Positions 38,362 to 49,211 of a DNA stretch of 64,000 bases are shown in pieces. Below the pieces are notes generated by a model. It had not been told where the DNA came from, searched no databases, and was given only the letters and a program-made list of their open reading frames with translations. The stretch comes from Tubulanus polymorphus (lineage: Eukaryota; Animalia; Nemertea). The position numbers and the translations under genes are program-made. The DNA is taken from assembly GCF_964204645.1 (NCBI RefSeq), contig NW_027437438.1:62001-126000 (forward strand), written 5' to 3'. Positions within the stretch are counted from its first letter, which is position 1. The number at the start of each line of letters is the position of its first letter.

Positions 38362-38519
38362 GGCTGTCCTCTATTAGTTGTTGAAATAGAATGACCCATC
38401 TTGGCCATTACCGCTTTTTATTTAGTTCGCCAAGAACTAATCACTAATTATCATACTAATAATTTCTATCCCTCAGAACAAAATTCTCATTCTGATTATC
38501 CGTTAGTTTGTAACTGTTT

Positions 38520-38940
38520 TTATGTGCTATTTCTAAATTTCTTTAATTTGTCCTTTGATCAAGATTCACTATTGTCTCGGGTTAACCCCCTAGTTTGCCA
38601 TGCCTTAATTCGTTAGTTTGTCTTTGTATTGTATTTCTAAATTTCTCTACGCTCTTGTCCTTGATTAAACTTTAATATTCACTATTATCTTGTTAAGATC
38701 CCCTAGTTTGCCTTGCCTTAATTCGTTTAGTTTGTAACTGTCTTTGTATTGTATTTCTAAATTTCTCTACGCTCTCGTCCTTTGATTAAACTTTAATATT
38801 CACTATTGTCTCGTTAAGATCCCCTAGGTTGCCATGCCTTAATTCGTTTAGATTGTAACTGTCTTTGTATTGTATTTCTAAATTTCTCTACGCTCTTGTC
38901 CTTTGATTAAACTTAAATATTCACTATTGTCTTGTTAAGC
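38520..38940. repeat. ~120-bp tandem repeat (about 3.5 copies) in the MULE subterminal region
   Basis: GTCTTTGTATTGTATTTCTAAATTTCTC recurs at ~38620, ~38740 and ~38861. Confidence 0.9.
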
Positions 38941-39149
38941 TAAACAATTCAACTCTGGTCACCTTTGACTCTGGACATTGACAACTAGGGGCCTGAACAT
39001 CGGAAAAGCTTTTAACAAATCATCGTATCCTTTATTGAAACATACAGCGAACTGAAAAAAATCATATACATTCATTCTATTTATTTGTTTTTTTATGCGA
39101 GTCACGTCGCTAAATATATTAGATCTAGAGCTAAGTATATTAGATCTAG

Positions 39150-39258
39150 AGCTCCAGTGAGTTTCCAGTCGGCTCCGGTCGGTTTCCAGTCGGTTCCAGT
39201 CGGCTCCAGTCGGCTCCAGTCGGTTCCAGTCGGCTCCAGTCGGTATTTAGTAGGGGCG
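39150..39258. repeat. Subterminal 10-bp repeat array (CCAGTCGG(C/T)T)n and transposon terminus
   Basis: About 8 tandem units followed by ATTTAGTAGGGGCG; a similar end is at 60012-60062. Confidence 0.8.
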
Positions 39259-41111
39259 TTCTCGGGTGGTCCACTCATCAACCATTTTGCGGGCAACTGT
39301 GTGAGCTTCGTCGTTTCGTAGAGGCCATGCCTCTGGCCACTTCGTGAAAGCATCTTGTGCTGCTAGTATATAGCAGTTCCCTTTTCTGGTTTGACGCAAG
39401 GGACCAATAGTGTCGACATGTATTCGTTGGCCACGCCTACCAACAGGTGTTGACACAGGTGCTTTAGGCATTTTCGCAGGTGATTTACATTTGCCACATG
39501 TTCTGCATTTTTGTAAAAAACGTCGCACCATGCCCGTTAGTCCCATTGCCCATAATCGTTGCTTTGAGCTTTGTTTTTGTAGACCCAACCCTTGACCCAA
39601 TTCAGTGATTGCATTTTCGGCGGTGCTCGATGGGAGAACTACACGGTGTGATTGATTTGCGGAACCTGGTAGTGGTTTGAGGACTAGTAAACCATTTTGA
39701 AGGTGTAGACGCTCAAACAAACCAAACAAGCTCCTCAACAATCTGCCACACTGTTGTAAATCATGTCTTGGGGGTTTACCCTTTCCACCCGTGCTTACCA
39801 ACTGGATTTCTGGATGTCTGTTGGACATCTACTAGGTCCTGAAATGTTAACTGTATGGGGGCGCCCTTTTTAATTAGGTTGATACCTGGTGATGAAGGTA
39901 GACCTGTATCCCCACAGCTTCGGGCAATCGCCATGTTTTCGTGCTCTCCTTGGTATTCTAGAGAGCCCATCAGCGTTACCATGTAGCCTGCCAGCTCGAT
40001 GTTCAATTTGGAAATCGTAGTCTTGAAGTCGTTCCAACCACCTAGCGATTTGACCTTCTGGTTCCTTAAAAGTGTTGAGCCATTTCAACGCAGCATGGTC
40101 CGTCGAATGAGTTTTGGTCGCCCTTGAAGATAATGGCGGAAGTGTTCAACCATATCCAACATTTTTCTGCGAGTCGCACAATAGTTTTCTTCGCCCTACC
40201 CCATACGCAATGGCTATTTCGGTGCCGTCCAGTTGCTGCTGACTGAGGACTCCCCCTGTTGCGAAATTGCTAGCGTCACAGTCTATAAGATAAACTTACC
40301 CGCAGTCGGTAAGAAGTCCGGAAATGCCAATACTGGGGGTTCAGTCAGCTTCCTATTTAAATCTTGGAACACTTTCTCTTGTAGTGGACCCCATTTGAAA
40401 ACTTGATTTTTCTTCAAGAGAGTATTAAGTGGAGCAGAGATGTTAGAGAAGTCATCGATAAATTTTGAATAATACGTTACCAGACCCATGAAACTGCGCA
40501 CGTCAGTGACGCTTTGTAGTATAGGCCAATCAAAAACTTTGGCGCACTTATCCGGGTCAGTTTCGAGACCAGCTCCGCTGACAATATGTCCAAGAAATTT
40601 AATTCGCTTCTTCAACAGGGAGCATTTGCTCGGTTTCAACTTCAAATTTGCCCTCGAAAAACATTTGAAGACTTGGTAGAGTCTAGGTGTGATGCCAGAT
40701 CACATCATCTAAGTAGATTAAACAGGTTTTCCAAGCAACATTATCTAAAGCCATGGACATAAGTCTCAAAAAACAAGCTGGTGCATTACACAACCCAAAA
40801 GGCATTATGTTCCATTCGTATAGATGACGCTCTGTCGTGAAGGCAATTTTGGGTTTGTCTGACTCCTTAATCGGCACTTGCCAATAACAACAGTCTTCTC
40901 CACAGTCAATGTTACATCCAAATTTGGTCAGGAAGTTATTACCCAATAAGCAGTCTTGCGTAAGGTCGTCTAAAATAACCATCGGGACTATGAACTCTAA
41001 GCCACCTATACCCACAGTTACCTCAGCAATCCCCCGTATACACATATCCTGCCCATTTGCAGTGGTAATACTACCATTTACTGGCGCCATGGTGTAGGTC
41101 GCGCATAACAA
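39259..41111 (-). pseudogene. pol: Gypsy pol remnant (protease, RT, RNase H, integrase) with internal deletions
   Basis: LLGNNFL, YWQVPI, MPFGLCNAPA, YLDDVI, VRSFMGL, DCDASNF, ARWLERLQDYDF..HGNADGLSR, HVDTIGP, DAFTKW. Confidence 0.9.
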
Positions 41112-41334
41112 CGATTTGTCTGAGTGAAGATGTTAGCTACATAAAAGCAATCCTATCGTGAAATTATTAAAAGTCATGTCAGTCGATAAACTTGGTTTCG
41201 TCAGTAACCGGCACTGGCCTCAAATTTGAAGAACTTGTGAGCTTCTGTCCTGGTCGATTTCCTCCCTACTTGATAGACCTTTAAGCTTCGCTTTTTTCAG
41301 TTAAAACGGACATCTTTATTTAAAACCCGATTCA

Positions 41335-41395
41335 GGGGTGGTTGGCGCGCCCAGTCTCTCCAACCTTAGGAGAGACTGGGCGCGCCAACCACCCC
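41335..41395. repeat. Perfect GC-rich hairpin: 27-bp stem, 7-nt loop
   Basis: GGGGTGGTTGGCGCGCCCAGTCTCTCC-AACCTTA-GGAGAGACTGGGCGCGCCAACCACCCC. Confidence 0.95.
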
Positions 41396-43189
41396 CAGGG
41401 GCACGATTCCCTCACGGGCCTAATGTCTACTTAACAGACTTTTAAAGTTCACACTTTTTTCAATTGAAACAAACATTTTATCTAAAATTTGACTCTTGAA
41501 CAATTGCTTACCCCAGTCTTTCTTACAGAATTGCATGCAGAGCTGAGCTAAAAGCCTACACAGTAGATCTCTTGGTATTTTGTGTTAACGGACATGTATC
41601 TACGTTCACATCTGCATCTCCGATATCGTGCGCATATGTTTAGGGAGACTTAATACAAAGTGGCGCGCTCTATCGGTAGCAATCATTGGTCGAACGTCTC
41701 TTTAATTCCAAAACCAGTTGAGGAGAATGCTGAATAGTCTATTTTCGATGACATGAGGCGAATATCTATTTATCTTATATCCATGCTCTCGACTCGCAGG
41801 TTGGCCTTTATCGGTTGTAACGCGTTGAGTATCGAGCCTTATCTCGGCCTATCTGACTCTACTTTCCCCTGAGTAAAAGTGTTTATTTGATATTTATTGT
41901 AAATGCGAGTAGAGATCCGAGAAGTGATCCAGACTGTGACAGACTGCCAAATTAACAATAAACTATCCAAACTGTGATGACACTAATTATATAACTCTTT
42001 TGATTACTAAATGAATACTGTTTATAACAACAACCTGTTTCTACTCATATCGTGTATCACTCAAATATAGTATTTTACAGATAATCTTAAGATACGTATA
42101 CATAATGATTATTTCACTATGTAAAGAAAAAAAGATTTAACGCATCGAACAGATCGCTTGTATGCAAGCTAGAGAACGCTCATTTGATTCACTTTCACTG
42201 ATCACTAGGTATCATCCGAACACGGATAGTATCCGACAGTAACCCACGAAACACTGGAAATTGATCCAGTTTAACACGACTCTAAGACCTATATTAAAGA
42301 AACCATCCAGAATACAATTTAAACGCGGGAAACACGGGAAAATCTCAATCTAAAATGCTGTACTAAGCATTGTGCAATATAGAAATCTTCTATGAACGAG
42401 GTGAAAATCATAAGTCTCCAGAGACTTTGCTCTACAGAAAAGTCCCTTAAAATCACCGAAGATATGTAAATGTTGCTATACCTTTGTGAAACTGGTTGTT
42501 GTGTTGCTCTGCCTCTATCGGTCCAGCGGTCCTCCCAGATACTATCACACAAGTCCACAACTGGGGCTCTCACCAATTCATCAATTTCATTTCAGGTTTA
42601 TTATGCTGATCCTTGGCACCTATTCTACACCTGCGACTTGTGCACCACTGGTCTGGAACGAATTCGCTAAACTAGGTACTGGTCAGAATGACACTTCTTT
42701 GTGGAATTTTTGTTTCATCGATGATAATTCCAGAAGTTTTATTTAATTGAATTTCTACTTTCTTTTATAGTTTATTGTTTGTGTCAGTTTTTTTTACAGT
42801 ATGTACATCAGGGTAATGAACAAGAACATTTTCGCGGTAGATCAAATTGAAATTGATTATGAAAGTTTTATTCCATGTAAAATGTTGAATGTTCATGGCC
42901 GATACCTTAAAATCTTCAGATCGAGCCCGCAATATCGGAAATGTCGGCGAGATAATGAAAACAAAGACGTGCGGAAACCGAAAGAATGTCCACATTGCAC
43001 AATGCGCGTATAGCGCCTCGATAAACACTTACCGTATTGCAAAGGAAGTTATGACATAGCTCGTGAGTTAATTACACTTTACTCATCACATATCTTGTTG
43101 ATTATCAATTATGATTAATGTGTTTTAGGGCTCTCTTCTACTGGCTGTATGGCGGTCTTACTGCTGCAATTGCGTGATATGTAACTATG

Positions 43190-43248
43190 GAGCTAAGTTG
43201 GTCTTAGACTGGTCTTAAGTCTAAGCCATGACTATGCAACTGGCCCCT
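43190..43248. mobile_element. Second Harbinger-type terminus
   Basis: GCAACTGGCCCC matches the terminus at ~30386-30397 and is preceded by short GGTCTTA repeats; partner end not located. Confidence 0.45.
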
Positions 43249-44289
43249 GTATTTGACTTTGAATAAGCCTTTGGATATTTCGAACAGATAGCTATGTGCA
43301 AAAATCAGAAGAACGAATAAATAGAGTAATCGTCACTATTAGATTCCCTAGACAGAGGAGGCGAATTCAGGTTATCCGCGTCTCTGTAGGCAAGCTGGAT
43401 GCTCACGGCGGGCAACTGATATTTTGATCAGCGCGCGCAGTGACGTCACGCAGAGCGTCCAAACTTAAAGGGTCCAAAGATCTATCTAAAATTTATCGTA
43501 TCAGCAAAGATCTGATCCTAAAACTACACACGACCAATATCTTTCATTTGGTACCGAAAACTTGTTCATGCATAGCGCACAGACCGTACCAACTCGTGAC
43601 AAAGTTTCGCCATTTGTCTCCTATGCGTAGTATAGATGAAGCTCATGCATTCTTAAGATCACGCAATTTTAAGTTCAGGTAACTACCTGAGATATTTCGA
43701 TACTTGTTACATCAGAGAGTCGATTATCATTATCATTGCTTTCTTACTAAGTGCAAGCGAGGGAGACCGATAAATCAAATCCTCAACAGACAGATGAAAT
43801 TTTGAGCGCCGTACCAAACAAAAATGAAACCTGATTCAGAGTATCCGCAGCTACTGGCAGACAACATTGTCTCAAAGTTCATTTCCTGGAGCTGCGGATT
43901 ACAAAATGTTGACACGAACGCTGCATCTCAAAGAAGGCAGCGGATTCGAGATATGCTGATCGCAACACAGTTTACTTTAAACGAACGTAAACTAAAAGAA
44001 TATCTAAATTTTTGATGTACGTCGAGTCTGTAAGTAAATACTTATCAATCACGCAATCGTCGACATTTTGAAATCTGCATCATATAGGCCTATATACATT
44101 AATCTTTCAATAGGTCGAGGTATCAAACATGAATCAAACAGCGGAAATCGTCAGTCGATCGCACGCGAGCACAGTGAATTGGACCACGATCGGCAAAAAA
44201 GACGAAGACAAAGCGATAAGCAATTGATAGACAGTGGTATGTTGATTCAAGCATTTTTCATAGGTTAAAATGGATTGACAGTTTTTTTG

Positions 44290-44590
44290 CTAAATGGAAC
44301 CTCCTTACATTGAACTTCACGGGACCAGACAATCTGTTTGTTATAACTGATAGTTCGCTATATCCAGTATGAAATAAATAAAAGTTGCTTACTTGAGACA
44401 AAATTCTTTATTTGTTATAACCAATAAATCGTTGTATCGGAGTTCGTTATAACAAGGTTCCACTGTAATGTGCGTATTTTATGAACTTAGTTATAACGAA
44501 CTCCGATACAACGATTCATCGGTTATAACAAATATAGAATTTCGTCTCAAGTAAGAAACTTTACTTTATTGGATATAACGAACTATTTCT
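44290..44590. mobile_element. pogo/Tigger-like MITE remnant plus adjacent inverted partial copy
   Basis: End GGTTCCACTG+TA at ~44456-44467; 44490-44586 is an inverted copy of ~44350-44453 (GTTATAACGAACTCCGATACAACGA). Confidence 0.55.
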
Positions 44591-44921
44591 GAGGAGGCTT
44601 GAATCATCTGACCTTGATGTATGTATCTATCTTGATCTGATACCCGAATGGTCATCACATGAAAAGTTCGGTGGACGATGAGGAGTGTCCTGTTACTTTG
44701 CCAAAAAAATCTGACCTGAATCCGTGGCCTTAGCTTCTTCATGGGTTGAGACTTTTATCTTTAAAATCATTCAGGTTTTTGATCAAATTAATTTCCACAA
44801 AATTCGGTAACCATCTTAGTCTCATTGGTTCTCATGCATAGATTTAAATAATCATTTTTTTCAGCATAACAGGTTATGATTACTTTCGTTATTTTCACCG
44901 TCCGACATAGATCTTTGTAAA

Positions 44922-46440
44922 GTGTTGCAATACCGGAAGAAACCGCCACCGAAAAGATATCAGGCGGAGTTACAGTCATACGATGTTGGATCCCCCATGG
45001 AAAGAGTAGCGGTCGATATCATGGGCCCTCAGCAGGAAACCACGGCAGGGAACCAATACATTATAGTCATAATGGACTACTTCACAAAATGGGTAGAATG
45101 TTACGCTGTACCGGACATCGAGGCCAAGACGGTAGCTGACAAACTTGTGACCGAATTCTTTAGTCGTTTTGGAGTGCCGAGGGAGCTGCACTCAGACCAG
45201 AGCTCAAACTTCCAGTCCCATCTCTTCCGCGAAATTTGTACCCTACTGGGGATCCACCAAACCAGATGCAGCCCCTACCGTCCTCAAAGCGACGGTATGG
45301 TGGAACGCTTCAATCGGAGCCTTAAAGCGATGTTGTCTTTAACAACAACTGACGACCCTTTTGATTGGGACTTACAACTTCCCTACGTCTCGATGGCCTA
45401 TCATTCCGCCCGGCACACCACTACAGAAGCGTCACCGAACTACCTGATGCTTCTGAGGGAGATCGATCTACCCATAGATCTGATCGTCGGACTTCCTCCG
45501 AAAGACCGGTATCCATCCATCCATCAACGACTACACTGCCAGCGTACAGACCCTAATGGAAACGGCACAAAGAGATGGGTCCTGCTAAAGTACGAAACTA
45601 CGAAATATGAAACGAAATTACGAAATATGGAGCGAAATTACGAAACGAAACGAAATAACGAAACTACGAAATTACGAAATGGAAATTTTTTTGCCAGTAG
45701 TGCTTAAATACGAACCGAAATACGAAACTAAATGGTCACATTTCAAACACACGCCCATACTATGGAGAAACGAGGTATTAATTTTTTAGGCTAAACACTG
45801 CAGGATATATTTTAAGGCACACTTCGTTCTCTAACCCGTAATTTATTAATCGCTACCTTCCAGTTGTATATGAGCATGCGCAGATCATTCTCCCTGATGG
45901 CATCGCTAAACTCAGTCGCGGCACGGAACCCTGCCACACTAGACCGGGTGCGCATGTTTAAGCCAGCTCCACGAATCCGTTGCTATAGCGCCAAAATTTT
46001 CGTTTCGTATTACATTTTATACTTTAGCAGGACCCGCGAAAAAAAGGCCATTTCGTTTCGTAGTTTAGCATTTCGTATAGTTTTTCGTTTCGTACTTTAG
46101 CATTTCTTAATTTCGTTGCATATTTCTTAATTTCGAAGTTTCGTACTTTAGAAGTAACCCACAGAGATGCTCGGAAGGCGCTCCTGAAAAACCCATCGCG
46201 ACGGAAAGCACTTTACGACCAAAAACGTCACGGGAAGCCGTACGACGCCAGCGACCAGGTTTGGCTCTTATCAACCCAAATTGACGGACGGAAATCCAAA
46301 CCGCAAACTCCAGTTGAACTGGACCGGGCTGTATACTGTAATAAAACGACTGAATCAGACGCCCTGTATGAGGTCCAGGACAAGCTGTCCAGCGCTCCTT
46401 AGATCGTGCACTTCGATCGACTTAAGCCGTATTTAGGAGT
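44922..46440 (+). pseudogene. pol: Gypsy integrase, interrupted by a MULE-type MITE
   Basis: ERVAVDIMGP, DYFTKWVE, HSDQ..NF, YRPQSDGMVERFNR; resumes after the insert (WTGLY, VHFDRLKPY). Confidence 0.88.
45577..46159. mobile_element. Non-autonomous MULE/Foldback-like element
   Basis: TIR GGGTCCTGCTAAAGTACGAAAC with many TACGAAA subterminal repeats, inverted at the other end; 9-bp TSD CAAAGAGAT / CACAGAGAT (1 mismatch). Confidence 0.8.
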
Positions 46441-46630
46441 GCAGTACCGATCTCTACTGACGAGCCCGGAACTCAGACGAAATGACGATGACAGACGATA
46501 CAGAGACTAGTCGTAAACCCAGGGGCCGTACCTGCTGAAAACGCCAACGCCCAGATTATCTCTACTTGTAGGCACTGTCTACTGTTTTAAACAGCAAAGT
46601 AGTCAATCGCTCTTTGTTCTTTTATTTTAG

Positions 46631-47974
46631 GTCGTCAAATTTCAAATGTCATGGTTGTCGGGACCATTTCCGATCATTAGAAAACTTTGAGCGCCATGAA
46701 AATAAGTGCGAAGCGGTGACACACGAGGGCGTAAAGTACGAGTGTAAGTGCGGCCGAATCAGTGACGGGGCGACACACTTCGACGCCACGCTAGACGTCA
46801 CCATGGCACTTCACAGTGCGTAGTAAAGATCGCGGAGGAAGGGTGGGACCAGCCGCCAGAGATCAGTATTGAGTGCGCAGGAGACAAGAGGAAGGTGGAG
46901 TTAACAGGTGCGGATCGTGAGGAGAAGAGAGGGAAGAAAAAGTTAGAGAGGAAGGTAGAAGGTGCGACGACGGAGATTAAGGAGAAAGAGAAGAGGAAGG
47001 AAGAAGGTGTGACGACACCGATTAAGAAGATAGATGAGAGAAAAAAAGAAGGAGAGACCAAAAGCAAAGAAAGAGGAAAGCGTGGCGAATGAAGAGAGAG
47101 GAGCCGGAGATGGAACAGAATGACTTGACAGCGGCAGACACTACAACCATTGTTGAGGAAATCACCCCTGACGGCACCTCGAACGATGTAGAAGCTGAAG
47201 AAGTCGGCAAACCAGTAGATGTCGCGTCTGTAAAACCCGGGAGAAGTTTGATCGAAAGAACTAGTTACGGAAGAAGGAGAAAACTGATGATAAAGAGGAG
47301 CCTGGAACTTAGCCGTCGCGCGAGAAAGAGACGAGCTGGGAAAAAAGAAGAGGTCGGAAGAGGCGCGCAAGGCAGCAGTAGAACAGCGGAGGAGGGTAGA
47401 AGAGGAGGCAAGAGAGAAGAGAGAGACCGAGAGACCGAAGGAGGCTAGAAGAGAAACGAAGAGAAGAAATACAGAGCTTGGAGAAAGGAACGAGAGAGCC
47501 GGAGAGCGTACCAGCGTACTCGCCATAAATACTCGGCGCGAACTGTCAGACTTGGTGGGGAAACCAAACCCCAACGTACGTGCCGACGGAAATTATCAAG
47601 CAGTTACCAAAGGCCGATGTCTCGGCCCTTATACAGCCGGCGATAATCGAGTTAGACGAGCCGCGGCCGGTGAAAGAGAATAGATGTAACCCGGAATCGA
47701 GAAGGGTGCTTGCACATGTACACCCGACCGTCCATGGCCGCCCGGCTACTTTCCGGGAAGTTCCGGGAGTACCTGTTCGATGCCCCTTCTGTCAAAAGAG
47801 GGCCCGCGCTTCGGGGATCTCCTGGACGCCACCAGCCTGAAGCTCGTCGCAGCCGTTTTCAGAAGTCCACGTCCATCCACTCGAGACCGGGGACATGATT
47901 ATCTTCGGTTTCGACGACGCCCCGATCGACTGCGTTGCGTGCCAGCTGGAGGAACGTTAATTGTCATCCGTTGA
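46631..47974 (+). pseudogene. Gypsy 3' accessory ORF: C2H2 zinc fingers + E/K/R-rich region + CxxC, frameshifted
   Basis: Polypyrimidine/TAG acceptor ending at 46630; FKCHGC..F..LENFERH..KC; YECKCG..HFRRHARRHH (shifted frame); charged tract; RCPFC. Confidence 0.5.
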
Positions 47975-48166
47975 AACTGATTGTCGTCCGTTGAAACTAA
48001 TTGTCGTCCGTTGAAACTGATTGTCGTCCGTTGAAACTAATTGTCATCCGTTGAAACTAATTGTCGTCCGTTGAAACTAATTGTCGTCCGTCCGTTGAAA
48101 CGTTGATCGTCCGTCCGTTGAAACTGATTGTCGTGCGTTGAAACTAATTGTCGTCCCTTGAAACTA
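47955..48166. repeat. 20-bp minisatellite (GTTGAAACT(A/G)ATTGTCGTCC)n, about 10 copies
   Basis: Direct reading. Confidence 0.95.
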
Positions 48167-48549
48167 AAATTTTGGGGCTTATTTTAAATCACCTTTCTCC
48201 TGGATTTCACCGCTCCCTGTTTATTGTGTATATATATGTATCCTGTTTAATGCCTTTTGTTTATCCATATTAATTCGTCGAAACCGCGTAGCATCGTTAT
48301 GAAATGTCCGTTGTAAATAGGTCGATGTTTCGCGTCCAGTTATTCCGGGCCCGCATCTATTCATTTTAACCCTTCTGGTTGAATTGTATTTAATGTGATT
48401 ATTTTGTATACCTTTCGGAGTGCGGGGTTCGAACCCTTCTTAATCTATTTTTTTTCCTAGCACATATTCTTTGCTGATGTATAGCATTTATTTACCGTTT
48501 TTATCATTATTTGTTGTGTTGTTTCTTTCTCGTGTCCGCCGCGACCTCT

Positions 48550-49044
48550 TTGTAGCCGGCGCGCGGTTGCCCGGCTCCGCCCTCATTGTCACTGGAACTC
48601 AGCCAACCTCGAAGTCACGTGGCACGCGTGACCAATCACGCGTGTCCGAGCTTGTTCCAGCCAATGAGAGCGCAGGGGACAATCGCGCTCTATAGAAGGC
48701 GAGCAGCGCGCGAGATTGAACAACAAACCGTTCATTCGGACTGTCCGGGTTACTTCAAGCGCCGCCAGAGTAGAACGCTAAGTCGATATCAGTTACGCTT
48801 TCCAGCTTAAGTAAAAAAAATGTAAGAACCGTCGTCCGCGTGTCCCCGTGTCCACCTCTGGACACCCGGACCGCGTATGCTCGCCTTGTGATAGAACATG
48901 TAAATAGGTTATTTGCCGCCCGGATATTGTCCCCGGGTTCATTGCTTATTGTTGTCCGGCCGCGGTCGACGTTGTCCCCGGCGGACATGGTTGTCCCCGG
49001 AACCCGCGGATTCGTTGTCCGGGAGCCTAGTGTAAATAGTTAAG

Positions 49045-49045
<1 letters not shown>
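48550..49045 (+). mobile_element. Probable LTR of the upstream Gypsy element
   Basis: Begins TGTAG; CCAAT boxes and TATAGAA; GC-rich; located after the pol/accessory ORF. No clear PPT or partner LTR. Confidence 0.35.
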
Positions 49046-49112
<67 letters not shown>

Positions 49113-49149
49113 CTTAACTATTTACACTAGGCTCCCGGACAACGAATCC

Positions 49150-49210
<61 letters not shown>
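49007..49210. repeat. (TA)n microsatellites with a 42-bp inverted duplication
   Basis: 49007-49048 is the reverse complement of 49109-49150, separated by (TA)n; a second (TA)n follows. Confidence 0.9.

Positions 49211-49211
<1 letters not shown>

Larger units (their letters stand above)
31995..39258 (-). mobile_element. Large Mutator/MULE-like DNA transposon (left end deleted)
   Basis: DDE transposase with CxxH; right terminus CGCCCCTACTAAATACCG plus CCAGTCGG subterminal repeats abutting Gypsy integrase; related ends at 45577 and ~60060. Confidence 0.7.

Noticed and set aside
46798-47574. 258-aa Ser/Phe/Leu-rich minus-strand ORF
   Set aside because: Antisense shadow of the purine-rich E/K/R tract on the plus strand.
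47955-48166. Regularly repeated GTTGAAAC motif resembling a CRISPR repeat end
   Set aside because: Units are head-to-tail 20-mers with no unique spacers, there are no cas genes, and the context is eukaryotic; it is a minisatellite.
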